Shown one piece after another: positions 1-11,745 of a stretch of 64,000 bases of DNA. The DNA lies in assembly GCF_006345805.1 (NCBI RefSeq), contig NW_021836133.1:124001-188000 (forward strand), written 5' to 3'. The notes under the pieces were generated by a model, which saw only the letters and a list, made by a program, of their open reading frames with translations, searched no databases and was not told the origin of the DNA. Both the position numbers and the translations under genes were made by a program. Numbering within the stretch: the first letter of the stretch is position 1; the number at the start of each line of letters is the position of its first letter. Source of the stretch: Octopus sinensis. Its lineage: Eukaryota.

Positions 1-468
1 ATCCTCAATTGATAGTTTTAATAGAATAAGCAGTATAGCCCAGTTGGCCACATACCTCAGGAAAATATTTCTTCGTAATATTTCAATATCCGACCTCACT
101 CAAATTCTTCACCTCCGAGGACTCCCCAATCTCGAGAAGTTGTCCCTCCTGGGTATATTCCCCTGCTTATTCTATTAAAACTATCAATTGAGATCCTTGT
201 GCCGAGGAAAGGCTGTATCGAGCCACTGTGATCCGCAATCTCACTTCCTTGGTTCGACTGGACGATATAGGCAATTCTCCATCACATTGCTAGCCATTAC
301 CCCCATCGAGAAGACAATGGTAACTTGGTAGGCCTGTCCTATTCCGACACACCACTCATTCCATCCACTGACTCGACCGACTATCTCACGCTTAACCAAA
401 TTGAGCTGTGTTTGAATGATTTGACTGCCACTAAGCGCACAGCACTTTTTGTAGAGCCACCAAAGTAG
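1..468 (+). CDS. CFAP410: CFAP410/C21orf2-like LRR ciliary protein (5' part outside window, 3' end uncertain)
   Basis: Exon 34-152 reads IAQLATYLRKIFLRNISISDLTQILHLRGLPNLEKLSLL. After intron 153-192 it reads DPCAEERLYRATVIRNLTSLVRLDDI, and after GC-AG intron 271-293 it reads AITPIEK. This matches the LRR plus LRRcap pattern of C21orf2 (NPC...YRxxVxRxLxxLxxLD). Confidence 0.7.
4..192. repeat. Perfect 30-bp inverted repeat (4-33 / 163-192)
   Basis: ctcaattgatagttttaatagaataagcag is the exact reverse complement of ctgcttattctattaaaactatcaattgag. Confidence 0.95.
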
Positions 469-659
469 TGTCGCAGGTCAGTGTTTTTATGGCTCAGTCG
501 AACATTGACTTGTTGCTGACCGAGAACGAGACTTTCACCAAATATGCAAATCTTGAATTAAAACACAAACTAACTGGGTGTTAATAAACTGAGCATAGTT
601 GTCTATAAAACTCGTATTTTGTTGATTAACAACTATTCCGAACATGCCTATTTGTTAGT

Positions 660-1480
660 CTATTTACAATAATAAATAAATGGGAAAACAACAAAATATA
701 TAGTCATATTGGCCGACCTAATCCACTGACAGTCCATTAGCCTGTGATGAGTGAAGTATATGCTCACTCGATCTCCCAGGCCCACCAGGACTAACCACCG
801 TAGACCATTCCACTGTGCCGACCGTGCACTCACAATCCTCTCCTTCAACCTCTTCCTGATGACCACTTTGGGGATATTCAATATCTGCATGTACAACACG
901 TCTATCAAGTCACCCACAGGAATGAGGTTAGATGCTGAGTGGAAGTAGATTGCTCGCGTGTGTCGACTCTGGTAATACACTACTCGCCCTAATTGAGTGA
1001 CACACCCACAACGAAGGTGCACTTGGTATATCTACAGTTGGCACACTCATTTACACTGGTTTATGCCCCTTAAATATCCTGTCATTGTGCAAAATATGCA
1101 AATCGACCACCGAAAGAGGGCAGTTCTACAATTCACTCACCACGTCCGCTCACTTTTCCACTTTGAAAGTCCCTTACTCAACAAAGGACGGACTTGGGCT
1201 AAATATTCTCCGAATATTTGACTGTCTTCCACACCCCAGGTCCTCAAGGATGGTCATGTCCTTCCAAGGCAATGACCAATTCCTGGGCGGCCAACAGACG
1301 TCGCCAGTCCTGTATGGTGAGGCACACCAGTCATACTGAATGTGAGAGATGGGCTGTCGGATGTCAATTGGTAGAGAAGATTGTGCTGATTAATATTATT
1401 TTGCCCTGTAAAAGTGTGTTTGCACGAAACTGTTTTTCGATGAAGCCAATCCAGCGAACTTGGTCGGAAACTGAACAGGA
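660..1480 (-). CDS. Putative unidentified tiny-intron gene
   Basis: Block is GC-richer than the AT-rich spacers around it and contains ORF 660-1022. No family recognised. Confidence 0.25.
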
Positions 1481-1578
1481 GTAAAATAAATATTGATTAT
1501 TGATCGTTAACTTTTGAGAATATTTTTGAATTTAATAAAATAAATAAATCTAGTGATGTGATAATCACGTTATAAACA

Positions 1579-2825
1579 ATGGTGAGCGAGTGGGCCACTG
1601 GAAAGTGTCTTTGGAGTATTGGAGGGTTAATTGGAGGGGAGGAGACACGGCAGTCATATATATGGGAGTGTCCCCACATGTCCTCCCCGTCTGATGGTCG
1701 TAGGCTATGATCTGCTAGCCCTCCCTTTTCTTTTATATACCCTTGCCTCCTATTCGGTGAGTTTTGTTGATTTGTCTTGACCATTCGACTGGTTATCCTA
1801 TGTTTGACTCATCTCTCTCACTTCTATTTGGATTGGTTAGGTATATTTGGTCTGTGATTTCCTACCCAGCATGAGTGACCCAGAACTGATCCAAATGACA
1901 AGGAGGGAGATCAGTTGGAGGGGCACTACTTGTGTTGTCGGTTCATTAGAGATGGGTACAACACAGCAGTTTAGTGTGGTGAATATAGCCAGGACAATGG
2001 TAGACTGCACTACAAACACTAACAGCATTCGATAATATCAAATAGCCACTTTAATCATTGATTGTGTGTTTAATAACCAATTGGAGAAATGGGCATTCAC
2101 TGTCTGTACTCACAGGCTGCCCACTACTACGATCGAGTAACATGACTAAGGAGGCGATTGTGTTGTTTTTTGTCCCTCAATGGTAGGGAAAGCTTATTCT
2201 TTGCGAGTTCAGGTTTTCAGTAGACGGATTAGCTTTGAGAGGTCATCGACATGTGAGGATTGTCAATGGTTGTTCAACTATTCAATGTTGAAGTTGACGT
2301 TTCCTTCATATCCGAGAGGGAAAGTAACAGTCTAAACTTAATCAGCTTATCTTTCATAAAAATATGGCTATTCTGATGTCTTTGAGGTCAAGTAAAGTGA
2401 CTGGTCGAACTAGGGTTTGTAAATTTGCTAGTAGAAATGTATATTCATCGATTGACTTTACGACAAAGTTTTATTAACGAAATTTATAAATCATTCAGAA
2501 AACGACCGTTACCATTTATTCCAGTTTATTCGAACGAGGAGATCACGTTTCTTTTTCTCTCCGTACCTGATAAGCCGATTCATTACATGTCATTAACAAC
2601 TATTCATGTCAGTATTTGGAATATGTGGATTAATATGCAGTTGACAGAAATAATAATCAGACCACAAGAGCCTGTTATGAGTAGTTATGTCATAATAGGA
2701 GTAGTTAGCTCAACGCAAACATACTAAAGGGAAGGTGGAGCAAGACTGGCCATAGAGAGTAGACAACATTGCCAGTCCACTCAATGAACAACTCAGTGAA
2801 AAAGGACCGATTAGAAAAATCTAAA
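1579..2825 (+). CDS. Putative unidentified tiny-intron gene
   Basis: GC-richer block with several plus-strand GT..AG segments of 22-29 nt (e.g. 2324-2345, 2701-2729). Product not recognised. Confidence 0.3.
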
Positions 2826-3329
2826 TAAAAGATACAGATAATTATTTCAATAATAATTATAAACTATTTTTCATTAATTATTGTTTAATTATCTTAATTT
2901 TTAATGACGAACCTAATAGATTTTTAGACACGTTTTATTTAGTTTGTTGTACTGCTCTATTAATTAGCTTTGCTTTATTTTTTTGTATTAAATTGGATTC
3001 AGAAGGAATATTTCGTAATGAAGTTTCTTTTAGTGATTTAATTATCTGAAATTTCGTCATTTTTGTGATATTTTCCGATTTTATTCCTCTAATCTGTTTC
3101 TAATCTTTTCTTCAAATTATATATACAGTGGGCGCAAAAAAAATCCGGTTTTCTAATTTCTCTATTTTTTTATATTGTGCGATATAATATTTTTTTTTAA
3201 TCTTAAATTTTAGTGAAAAGTAACTCTTATTTTTTTATTTTGATTATTTTCATTATTTTTTTCAAGAGATATTTCCAATTTAAATTTACAATGCGCAAAA
3301 AAAACCCGGTTTTTTAAAAAAATGTCAAA

Positions 3330-4342
3330 TTAATATTTAATATGCCGTCCTTTAGCCATAAAAACATCGTACACCCTTCTCGGCATGCTGTTTATGAGTT
3401 TGTGTATTAGATCTTTCGGCATATTTTCCCAAATTTCTATAATTTTATCTTTCAGCTCATGCATATTTTTTGGAGGATTTTCGTACAATTTACTTTTAAT
3501 ATATGCCGAAAGATGTTCTATTGGATTTAAATCTGGCGATTGCGGTGCCCAATCCAATAGTTTGACGCTTCTTTCGGCAAAGAAATCTTTCGTGATCTTT
3601 GATGTGTGTGGAGGAGCCATGTCTTGTTGGAATATGAATTCATTCAAGCACATTTTCGCAGCGGACTCCCACAGATTATTTGATAATATGTTCACATAAG
3701 TTGCTGAGTTCATAGTTCCATTTATAAATACTAGATTGCCTACTCCATAATACCCGAAACATCCCCACACCATTATTTTTCCCCCTCCAAATTTAACAGT
3801 TGGAGATAAGTGCGATTTTTCTAGACGTGTGTTGTTTTTCCTATAACAAAATTCCTTTTTTTGTGATTAAAAATTTCGAAACAGCATTCATCACTAAAAA
3901 TAGTTGATTTCCATGACGTCATATTCAGTGCGATAAATTTTTTTGACAAGGAATATCGTTTTTCGATATTAATTTTAGACAGATACGGTTTTTTTTGACA
4001 CACACGTGAATATATTTCCTTTTGTTTCAGATAATTCCCAATTGTTCGTTTTGAGACGATTTTTCCTGTCAAAGAATGAAGATCCTTTGACAGGCAACGG
4101 GAAGATTTTTTCGGATTGTCAGAAACAAGCGTCAATAAAGTATTTATATCATCATTATTTAATGTCCTAGGTCTTCCAGAACCGGACAGTCTCTGTGTTG
4201 TTCCATATTTTTTGTATTTACGTATGTAATCTCCCACTGTTGATCTGGGAATTTCTACTTCTTCTGAAATTTGTTTATATGTCCAATTAAGGAAATAAAG
4301 TTGAATAATTTGTCCTTTCACAATTTCTGAAATACACGACAT
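3330..4342 (-). CDS. Tc1 transposase, DD34E, one frameshift near 3845
   Basis: N-terminal HTH with GRPR, then FSDEC, MVWGCF, FQQDMAPPH, and SPDLNPIEH with 34 residues between D and E. Adding one T restores VYRKNNTRLEKSHLSPTVKFGGGKIMVWG. Confidence 0.92.
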
Positions 4343-4472
4343 CCAACAACAACAAAAATGACAACAATTTCAAATTTTTGAGAATAAAAGACTCAATAAT
4401 TAAAAAAACCGAGTTTTTTTTGCGCATTTTAAAATTAAATTCAAGATATCTCTATGAAAAATAAAAAAATAC

Positions 4473-5145
4473 TTTTTTTTTTTTTTTTTTAATACCAAAG
4501 TCAAATTTTTAAACAATATTAGAATCAACAAACTAATAAATTCTCCCAGCGAGACGGAGGGAACAGCTGTTGCCACGCATGACAGCCAGCAGGATCCTCT
4601 GAATGAGGAAAGTAAATTCCCTAGGGTCCTTGGACCGCGAAGAACAAAGATGTCCCAATTTCTTTAGGGAAGTGAGGGTCCCGGAGCCAAAGACGCCGGA
4701 AGTCTCGACAACGATTGGCCAAAACCAAAGTCATCCATCAAAGACTGATATTTCCGGCACTTCGAAAGCTCAGCCTTATTAGCACGAGACCCAGCAAGAG
4801 AGGCCGATTCGTTGATGAAAGACTTTGAGAAGGTATCCACACAAGTGGAATCCCAGACCAAAGGTCTCCCAGAATAAAACGAGAACAACGTAGAGCCGTC
4901 CGGCCTTTTCCCGTCACCACGGTCGAGACCCTTAGGCTCAAGGACAGAAGGGTAGCCGGCCTTTTCGAGTGAGTCGAGAATGATTCTGTTAATCGCCGAA
5001 TGCGTGGAATACGACCCGCGCTTTTCTTGCAGGAGAGGGCATGGAGCCCGTATACGTCCATAGTAGATCCGCACCGGCAGGGGTGGGGACTACAGATCGG
5101 AAGTCCGAGGCGGAGGCAAATGCCAAAACGGAGGGCGTCGGAGTC
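4473..5145 (-). mobile_element. 5'-truncated CRE-like (RLE) non-LTR retrotransposon inserted in the Tc1 element
   Basis: Poly(A) tail seen as poly-T at 4473-4490. TSD aaatac(tt) at 4467 and 5146. Motifs HALSC...H, DRGDGKRPDG and WDSTCVDT. Confidence 0.85.
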
Positions 5146-5270
5146 AAATACTTAAAATTAAAAACATACTCGATTTACATTTCAAAATGATACTAAATTA
5201 AAAAAAATAATATAAAATTTATATTGAAAAATTCGAAAAATAAGAAACCGGATTTTTTTTGCGCCCACTG

Positions 5271-6213
5271 TATGTAGCCGAATTTGGACTTTCGGTCGAA
5301 TAGTCGCCAGAATTCAAAAAATGAATGAATCTAGTATAAATTATTATTTTTATTAAATTTATATTTTTAATATATATAATTATTATTATTTAATAATAAT
5401 AATATATATAATAAATATATTATCGAGATAGGTTGATGTGGGGTTACTTTTAATATTCTATTTAGTCTAATAAATGGAATGTCCAAAGACATGGTGACAA
5501 AGTAGAATAAATCTGTGGGCAAAATAGAAAGGATTTCCACCAAAAAATATTTAAATCAAGAAAACTTTAAAAAGTTTTGAAGATAAATAGTATTTTCTAG
5601 TCTGTTTATAGTCGTTCTAATATTAGTATATATAAATATACTATTAATATTCCATTTTGTATATATTCTAATCTTGGTTTTATATAAAACATGTCCACAA
5701 GGTAAATAAAATCGCAAAAATAGTCAGCAAAACACCAATTTTTCTCAAAAATTGTCCTTTTGATATACGTCCATTGAACTCCGCAATGTGAGGAAAAATG
5801 AATTGTAAAAATATGCCAACGAGACAACACAAAGCCATGAAAAATATAAATTTCCTATTATATTTGAAATATATTTTATTTATTAATTTAATATATAATT
5901 AATATATATACCTTCTCTATTAATAGTTTGATTATATTTCCATTTAAAACGAATTCCTTTTACTTTACTCACCTCAATCTCTATTTCAGGCTCACCTAAA
6001 TATATATCGTTTAAATATTCCACTTTGATCTTCCTTTGAAGTCTCCGATCCATCGTCTTCAGACTCTTCATCCTTCATGATCAAGGCTTTGTAGTGTGCA
6101 GTTCTTTCCCTTAGTCTTTCCGCGAATATATGTATCCTTTTTTTGATTGTTTCTGGAAGGAAATCTGCTTCATTTTGTATTAATTCATCCTCAAATAAAA
6201 CATGTTTTGACAT
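5271..6213 (-). pseudogene. Cyclic-nucleotide-gated channel beta-like gene, truncated at the Tc1 insertion
   Basis: Spliced reading: TINREGNLYFSWLCVVSLAYFYNSFFLTLR...ADYFCDFIYLVDMFYIKPRLEYIQNG...YYLSSKLFKVEILSILPTDLFY...IRLNRILK...FFEFWRLFDR. This covers S1-S4 of a CNGB-type channel and stops at the TA of the Tc1 TIR. Confidence 0.8.
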
Positions 6214-6479
6214 TCACTATTAATATTAATTTGTATCTTATAATATATATAATTAATGTCTATTTGTTCTGATTTATTAATTCAGCTTGTTATTTTAAAT
6301 CAATTTCCTTCATATTGATTTTTAATTACTATTTTTAAAATATATTCAAAAAATATACAATCTTAAATGTCATATAAACAACTTACTGGCACGTCGAATT
6401 ACAGATGCCTAAAAAGTAAAAAATTAAAAAAATACATAAAATCATCATCAGAAATAGCCTCAAGAAAATCAAACGAATG

Positions 6480-7470
6480 TCTTCTGATATAATAATCAGT
6501 ACTGGATAGAATCCCAGGTCATTTTATTAAAAAATCTAGGTTTCGAAAAAGTCACGTTTCTAATGGCTATCTTCAACTACTCGATCAACCAGAATGTGAT
6601 TCCGTCATTCTGGAAACAGGCTCTAATAAGGCCGATACTGAAACCTGGAAGACCAAAAGACGATCTATATCCAAAATTCTCGAAAAATGGTTCTTGAAGA
6701 ATAAAAGAGTTTTTGACGGAACTCATTTGTTCCAATTTTTCAAGCAAACTAAGACATCAAAAAACCGTGCTTTGCTTTGTAGGCATCCACAAAGCCTTTG
6801 ACTCTGTCTTGTGAAAGCTCCCATCAAAAAATATTCCAAAACTCAAACTATAAACTTATTAACTTTCTAAGTGGAAGAAGGGAAGGGTGTGCCTCGGAGG
6901 CCTGAAGTCCGTCTCAACTCCTGCCCAACGGAGTACCTCTTTTTAACCATTTCATGGAAGATCTCCCGCCCTCCCTCGACAATAATAATATTGTTCTTTC
7001 ATAAGCTAACTTGGATCGGCTCAATCTATGGATAACTCATAACCGGTCGATTTGAAGTTGAAAAATGTGTCAATACCCTTCAACAGAAGTCAGAAGGTTC
7101 TAGGAGTGATCCTCGACATACACCTCTTCTTCTCTCCGCACATAGACAACCTACTTCGTAAATGTGAGAAAAAACGAACGTGATCAGAAGCCTATCCGTT
7201 TATGGGAAAAACGATTCTCACTCGCTATTGGCAAATATTAATCGTCAATACTTTGAACCGTCCATTTCCTACGCCCGAGGACCACAGTTATCCAGGTCCA
7301 ACAGAAGGCGAATCGTGGAGGCCCCAAAATGTTCACAAATTAACCGAACGTTGGTCGCACAGTAAAAAAATTTCCCAGACTGGCCCCTCTGGAGGACCTG
7401 ATAAAGCAGAACTCCAGTTTGTTCACACAGTAAAAAACGCTGGTCTTGGTGTTTTAATTCTAATAATTTA
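6480..7470 (+). mobile_element. Degenerate LINE reverse-transcriptase remnant
   Basis: Broken motifs IPSFWKQALIRPILKPG and KAFDSV, with many stops and frameshifts. Confidence 0.7.
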
Positions 7471-7597
7471 TTTATATGAATTTTAAAGAATTTTGAGAGA
7501 ACTCCATCTTATGTCAAGACTACCGAAATAATTTTTAATCTTTTCAAAAATACCGATAATTAATTCATAGTTAAAAAAATTCAGTTTTTTACATGTA

Positions 7598-8780
7598 CAG
7601 TCAACCCTTGTTAATCCGAAAAATTCAAACCGACTTTCCCTTTGAAGAAATCTAAAATTTATATGATTGTTAAATAAATAATCCAATTAGTGATCAAATT
7701 ACTAATCTGCTTATAAACACAATTATTTCTTAAAAACAATTTGAATTGCATCAAATAAAGTGGTTGGGCTAATATCGTAACCCTCATCGACCTGGCCATC
7801 TTCAGCATTAAATATGATATCTTCAACACTGTATTCTTCTTAAAACAGTGCAATGATTTTATCAATGACTTTTTCTGTTTGAAGGATATCTTGAGGACCC
7901 TCCTCAGAGAAGCCGGGATCACCTGATTAATTAGTTTTATGTTTTGGACGGTGATCTTGGTTCTAATAATAATAATAATGCAATTAAACAAATAACTGGT
8001 CATCCAAGCTTTCGAATTTGCATAATAATGACAGTATTTTCAAACATTGAATCCTCTGAAACATTTTGGTTTCTTGCTGTATCCAATAAAAGTTATTCGA
8101 ACTTTAGATTGTTTTACGCCTTTTCTTTGGCTTAATGAAATCGTTCTTGTAGGAAATGCTTGAAAAAAAGTCGCTTCATCCATATTTAGTATAACTTCTG
8201 GGTCAATTCCTGCCAATTTTTCAATCATTTTTTGTCTATGTGCTGAAAAATCAGCATCATTCATTAAATTTGCTTCTCCGTAAAATACTTTGAATTTCAA
8301 ATTGAACCGATTTTGAATTTATACAACCATCCTTTGCTAAATTGCAGGTCTTCAATATTTAGATTTTGTCCAAATTCCTTAATTTCATCAGTCAGGTAGC
8401 CGTTAATAGCATCCATTCGAAATATCCATTCTATCAGTGAATTCTCAAACAGATAATGATTTTTAGAAGCTTTGAACTCTCACTATTTTTCCATTGTTCT
8501 TTATTTTTTAAAATTTCGAATAAAGTAGAATTTTCTAGGTCCAGGTTTAGTTCTCTTTTGATAATTCGAAACAATTCATTCAACGACATTTTCCTCCAAT
8601 CCTTAATTTAACAAATCTGTTCTTTTAGATGAATTTTGGTCATTTTTCTAACCATAGAACTACAAAAAGCGTGGTGTTAATTAAATTTGAAAAAATTAAT
8701 TAAAAAAATTAATCAATAAAATTATTTTTTTGATAATAATAAACAAAATTAATTCGAAATTATATTAATCCTAGCGTTCG
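7598..8780 (-). mobile_element. pogo/Tigger-like transposon remnant
   Basis: TA-CAGTCAACCCTTGTTAATCCG end and the CENP-B/DDE_1 fragment ILNMDEATFF. Homologous to 40908-41680 and 47353-47928. Confidence 0.8.
7891..7979 (+). mobile_element. ~90-bp retroposon with (TAA)n tail, copy 1
   Basis: Near-identical reverse complement of 10320-10403. Contains a gatcacc/ggtgatc stem and a taataataat tail. Confidence 0.75.
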
Positions 8781-9641
8781 GAAAACAAATTCCTATTTTG
8801 GAAAAGACAGTACAATTCTTGTGGCCAATTATTCTATTTGAAAAACGATTAGGGCCAAGTAGATATTTGATTTTAAACATAACCGAATAGTGATTTAAAA
8901 TTTATTCGGCTATCAAATGTTTCCTTAGGTGACCTTAAATGACTAAATATGTAGGTATTGATAATTGCATATTTGAAAATATGAAATCCTGCGCTTGTAG
9001 GGTTTATATTTTTCGCAGAATACCCAAACTTCAAAAACAGCCAATCTTGAATTTATCTCGCTATTATAGAAACAACAACAACATAACACTTTCGAGATGC
9101 CAGGGGTCATAACAAGACTCGTGCCAGCCACACAATTTCGAGATCAAGGGAGAAAAGAGAGAGACTTAATTATTATTTTTTATTATAGGAACACAAAGTT
9201 TAATTCTCGAAAAATGTTCTATAAACACAACTTTTCTGAAACAAGACTGAACTCTGGAAATATTTCAGGCAAGCTGAATTGGTGGATTTGATTTGGGGTT
9301 TCCTTTTTCAAACACTGCAGGTTATGTATGGCTCGACTAATTAAACCCGCAACTCAGGCTAGCAGGTGACATTTTTTTATAGCCAGCTAGACTCAATTGC
9401 CTACTCATCGATCACTCATTACTACCCCTACAAAAATCAATCACAGGCTTGGTCTCGAACAGACGGAGACATTCGATATCCTCCATTATATTGCTGGCCT
9501 TGTTCGTTATTAGAAGCACGTAGAGTTCCTCGATTGGCTGATAGATGAGTATTGCTGCTGAAATTATCACCTATGATTACTGAATTAAAAACAGTACCAT
9601 AACCAGACACGTCAACTAGAAATATTTAAATTTAGTATCAA

Positions 9642-10221
9642 TTTAATTATTATTTAATAATTTATTTGTATAATAAAATATTATTTTATAAACACATGGA
9701 ATCAAAATCTGCAGTAATGTCCAAACTTGAGGAAGAAGACACATCACCCCCGTCCCTGTCCACGAACACTCCTTCGCAAGTTCTTGCCCAAATAGGCTCA
9801 GCACTCAGTCCATTCGAAATAGAGCGAGAATTGTGGTAGCAGGACGTACTGCAGAACTTCTAAAAGGCCTACTGAGAGAATAACCTTCAGATTGGCAATA
9901 TCGTAGACAGTATTGCTCGATAAACATATTTTGTACTTTTTCTGAGGCACCTGAGAATGAGGATGAATAGGGACATTGGTGAGAGGATTGTCACAGAGAG
10001 GGTATCCGCACATCTGCTGAATTGATCGCTCTTCTTCCACGTCCTTGTAGTAGTGCTTGTTTAGATGTGCCAGCTACGAGTATTCTTAGGGCAGTACGTT
10101 CGTGTTTAGTTGCTCTGGGGTTATATTCACGTTTAATAGGTCGATTACGGCTATCAGGGCTTCTTCTAATATTTTTCGTTCGAATATATATCCAGAATTC
10201 TCCAATGTCTAACTCCGTCAT
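9642..10221 (-). CDS. RPAP2: RPAP2/Rtr1 RNA polymerase II CTD phosphatase homolog (ends approximate)
   Basis: Removing introns 10074-10097, 9951-9974 and 9860-9884 gives LAHLNKHYYKDVEEERSIQQMCGYPLCDNPLTNVPQKKYKICLSSNTVYDIANLKKFCSTSCY, the Rtr1/RPAP2 zinc motif. Confidence 0.88.
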
Positions 10222-10319
10222 CTTTAATCATAAGGATCCATCATTAAATAGCGCAATAAGTTCTTCATTTTCTTTAATAGACAAGTTTTTGATTCAGAGA
10301 CAATATGTATCTTAAATAT

Positions 10320-10403
10320 TATTATTATTAGAACCAAGATCACCGTCCAAAACATAAAACTAATTAATCAGGTGATCCCGGCTTCTGTGAGGAGGGTCCT
10401 CAA
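10320..10403 (-). mobile_element. ~90-bp retroposon with (TAA)n tail, copy 2, with 19-bp TSD
   Basis: caatatgtatcttaaatat is duplicated at 10301-10319 and 10401-10419. Confidence 0.8.
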
Positions 10404-10891
10404 TATGTATCTTAAATATATTAAAAAACTAATAACCCAATCGAATTTTTCATTTAATATATAATAAAAAAATGATTATTTTAATTTTAGTAATTATTTT
10501 AATTTGTTTATGTTTTTAAATTAATTAGGAGAAAAAATTATTCAAATTTGTATTTGTCAGGCGGCACACCTTTTGACAACCTCTAGTCTAGAGCTTAGTA
10601 ATGACCGATGACATCGTGTAGTGCTCATATTGGGACAAACAGGATTTATAAAAAAACACAATAAATTCAGGATTCGGTTCTTGAATCACGATGTTGACTA
10701 TCAGTGCTCCAAATTCGATGCAGTACTCAGTAAACCACGTATTCAACTTGACGTTTTATTGCAGTGAATAAAAATAATCAAATGATTTATAAGATCAATC
10801 AAACACGGTATAACGTTGTCGACAGAATAATCTCCTTAATAAATCAATTGCCCAAAAGACGGTCGAATAGCTAATATCAATTTTTATACAT

Positions 10892-11688
10892 AGTCTGTAA
10901 CAGCAAAAAGGAATATTCTTAAAACACCATTTAAAATTAAATTTAAAATTGATTTGACGTATTAATTCATTCTTTTTCTTTTTGAGCCATTCCTTAGCTC
11001 TGTAACTGCAATCTCTTGTCGACCATCACCAATCTGATCCTCAGTCCAGGATTGTTGTTCCATGGGCACGATTTCGTCGTCCTCAAATTGTTGTAGAGAT
11101 TTTCGTTTTGAGTTCCATTTTCCTAAAATTAATTTGGAGTCCCCATATTTTTTTCCCAATATTATAAGAGAATGAATAAGAAAATGGGAGTACATGTCTC
11201 AAAGTATGACTTGGATGTTGGAGATATTGTATTCTATTTTAATTATTTAAAAGGCTCGGATTCAAAAGGATTACGGGACGAATCCTTCGCTAAGATTAAC
11301 AAGGTTCGAACAACCATATGGGGATCCAGTTACTATTGTTGCAAAATTGTCTAACAATTTTGTCAATTTAGAAAATAGAGATGGATCAGTAACAAGAATG
11401 CATTTGAAACGACTAAAAAAGTTAAAAAAGACTTAAGTTGATTATGGCAATAAAAATTATTCTTAAAAAAATTAAGTTAATCTTACATTGACATTGATTG
11501 ATCGCATCTAGACATTGATTGACATTCAAATAATTAACTAAAATTATGCATTTTTAAAGATTTTTAAAATTTATAAAAACGTAATTACATAATAATTAAC
11601 GTCATTAGAGTGATTTAAATATTTAAAATGAATATTATTTAATTTTAAATGGTGTTTTAAGAATATTCCTTTTTGCTATTACAGACTG
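10892..11688. mobile_element. Non-autonomous TIR element with ~50-bp inverted repeats carrying an integrase C-terminal-like fragment
   Basis: gtctgtaacagcaaaaaggaatattcttaaaacaccatttaaaattaaat is inverted at about 11637-11686. Internal fragment LDVGDIV...RMHLKRLKK. Confidence 0.65.
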
Positions 11689-11745
11689 TATGCATTTTAA
11701 ACATTAAAAAAATTAAAAAACTGAGTTTAAATTGTAGAGAATATA

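Larger units (their letters stand above)
3126..5270 (-). mobile_element. Tc1-family DNA transposon (IR/DR type) with nested retroelement
   Basis: TIR cagtgggcgcaaaaaaaatccggttt at 3126, with its complement ending at 5270 and TA on both sides. Inner repeats of the TIR motif lie near 3292-3313 and 4403-4426. Confidence 0.95.

Noticed and set aside
7891-7979. Hammerhead or HDV ribozyme in the short retroposon
   Set aside because: No properly placed CUGAnGA and GAAA core could be found; only a simple stem is present.
8940-9560. Possible small plus-strand intron-containing gene
   Set aside because: No consistent spliced frame or recognisable family could be built by eye.
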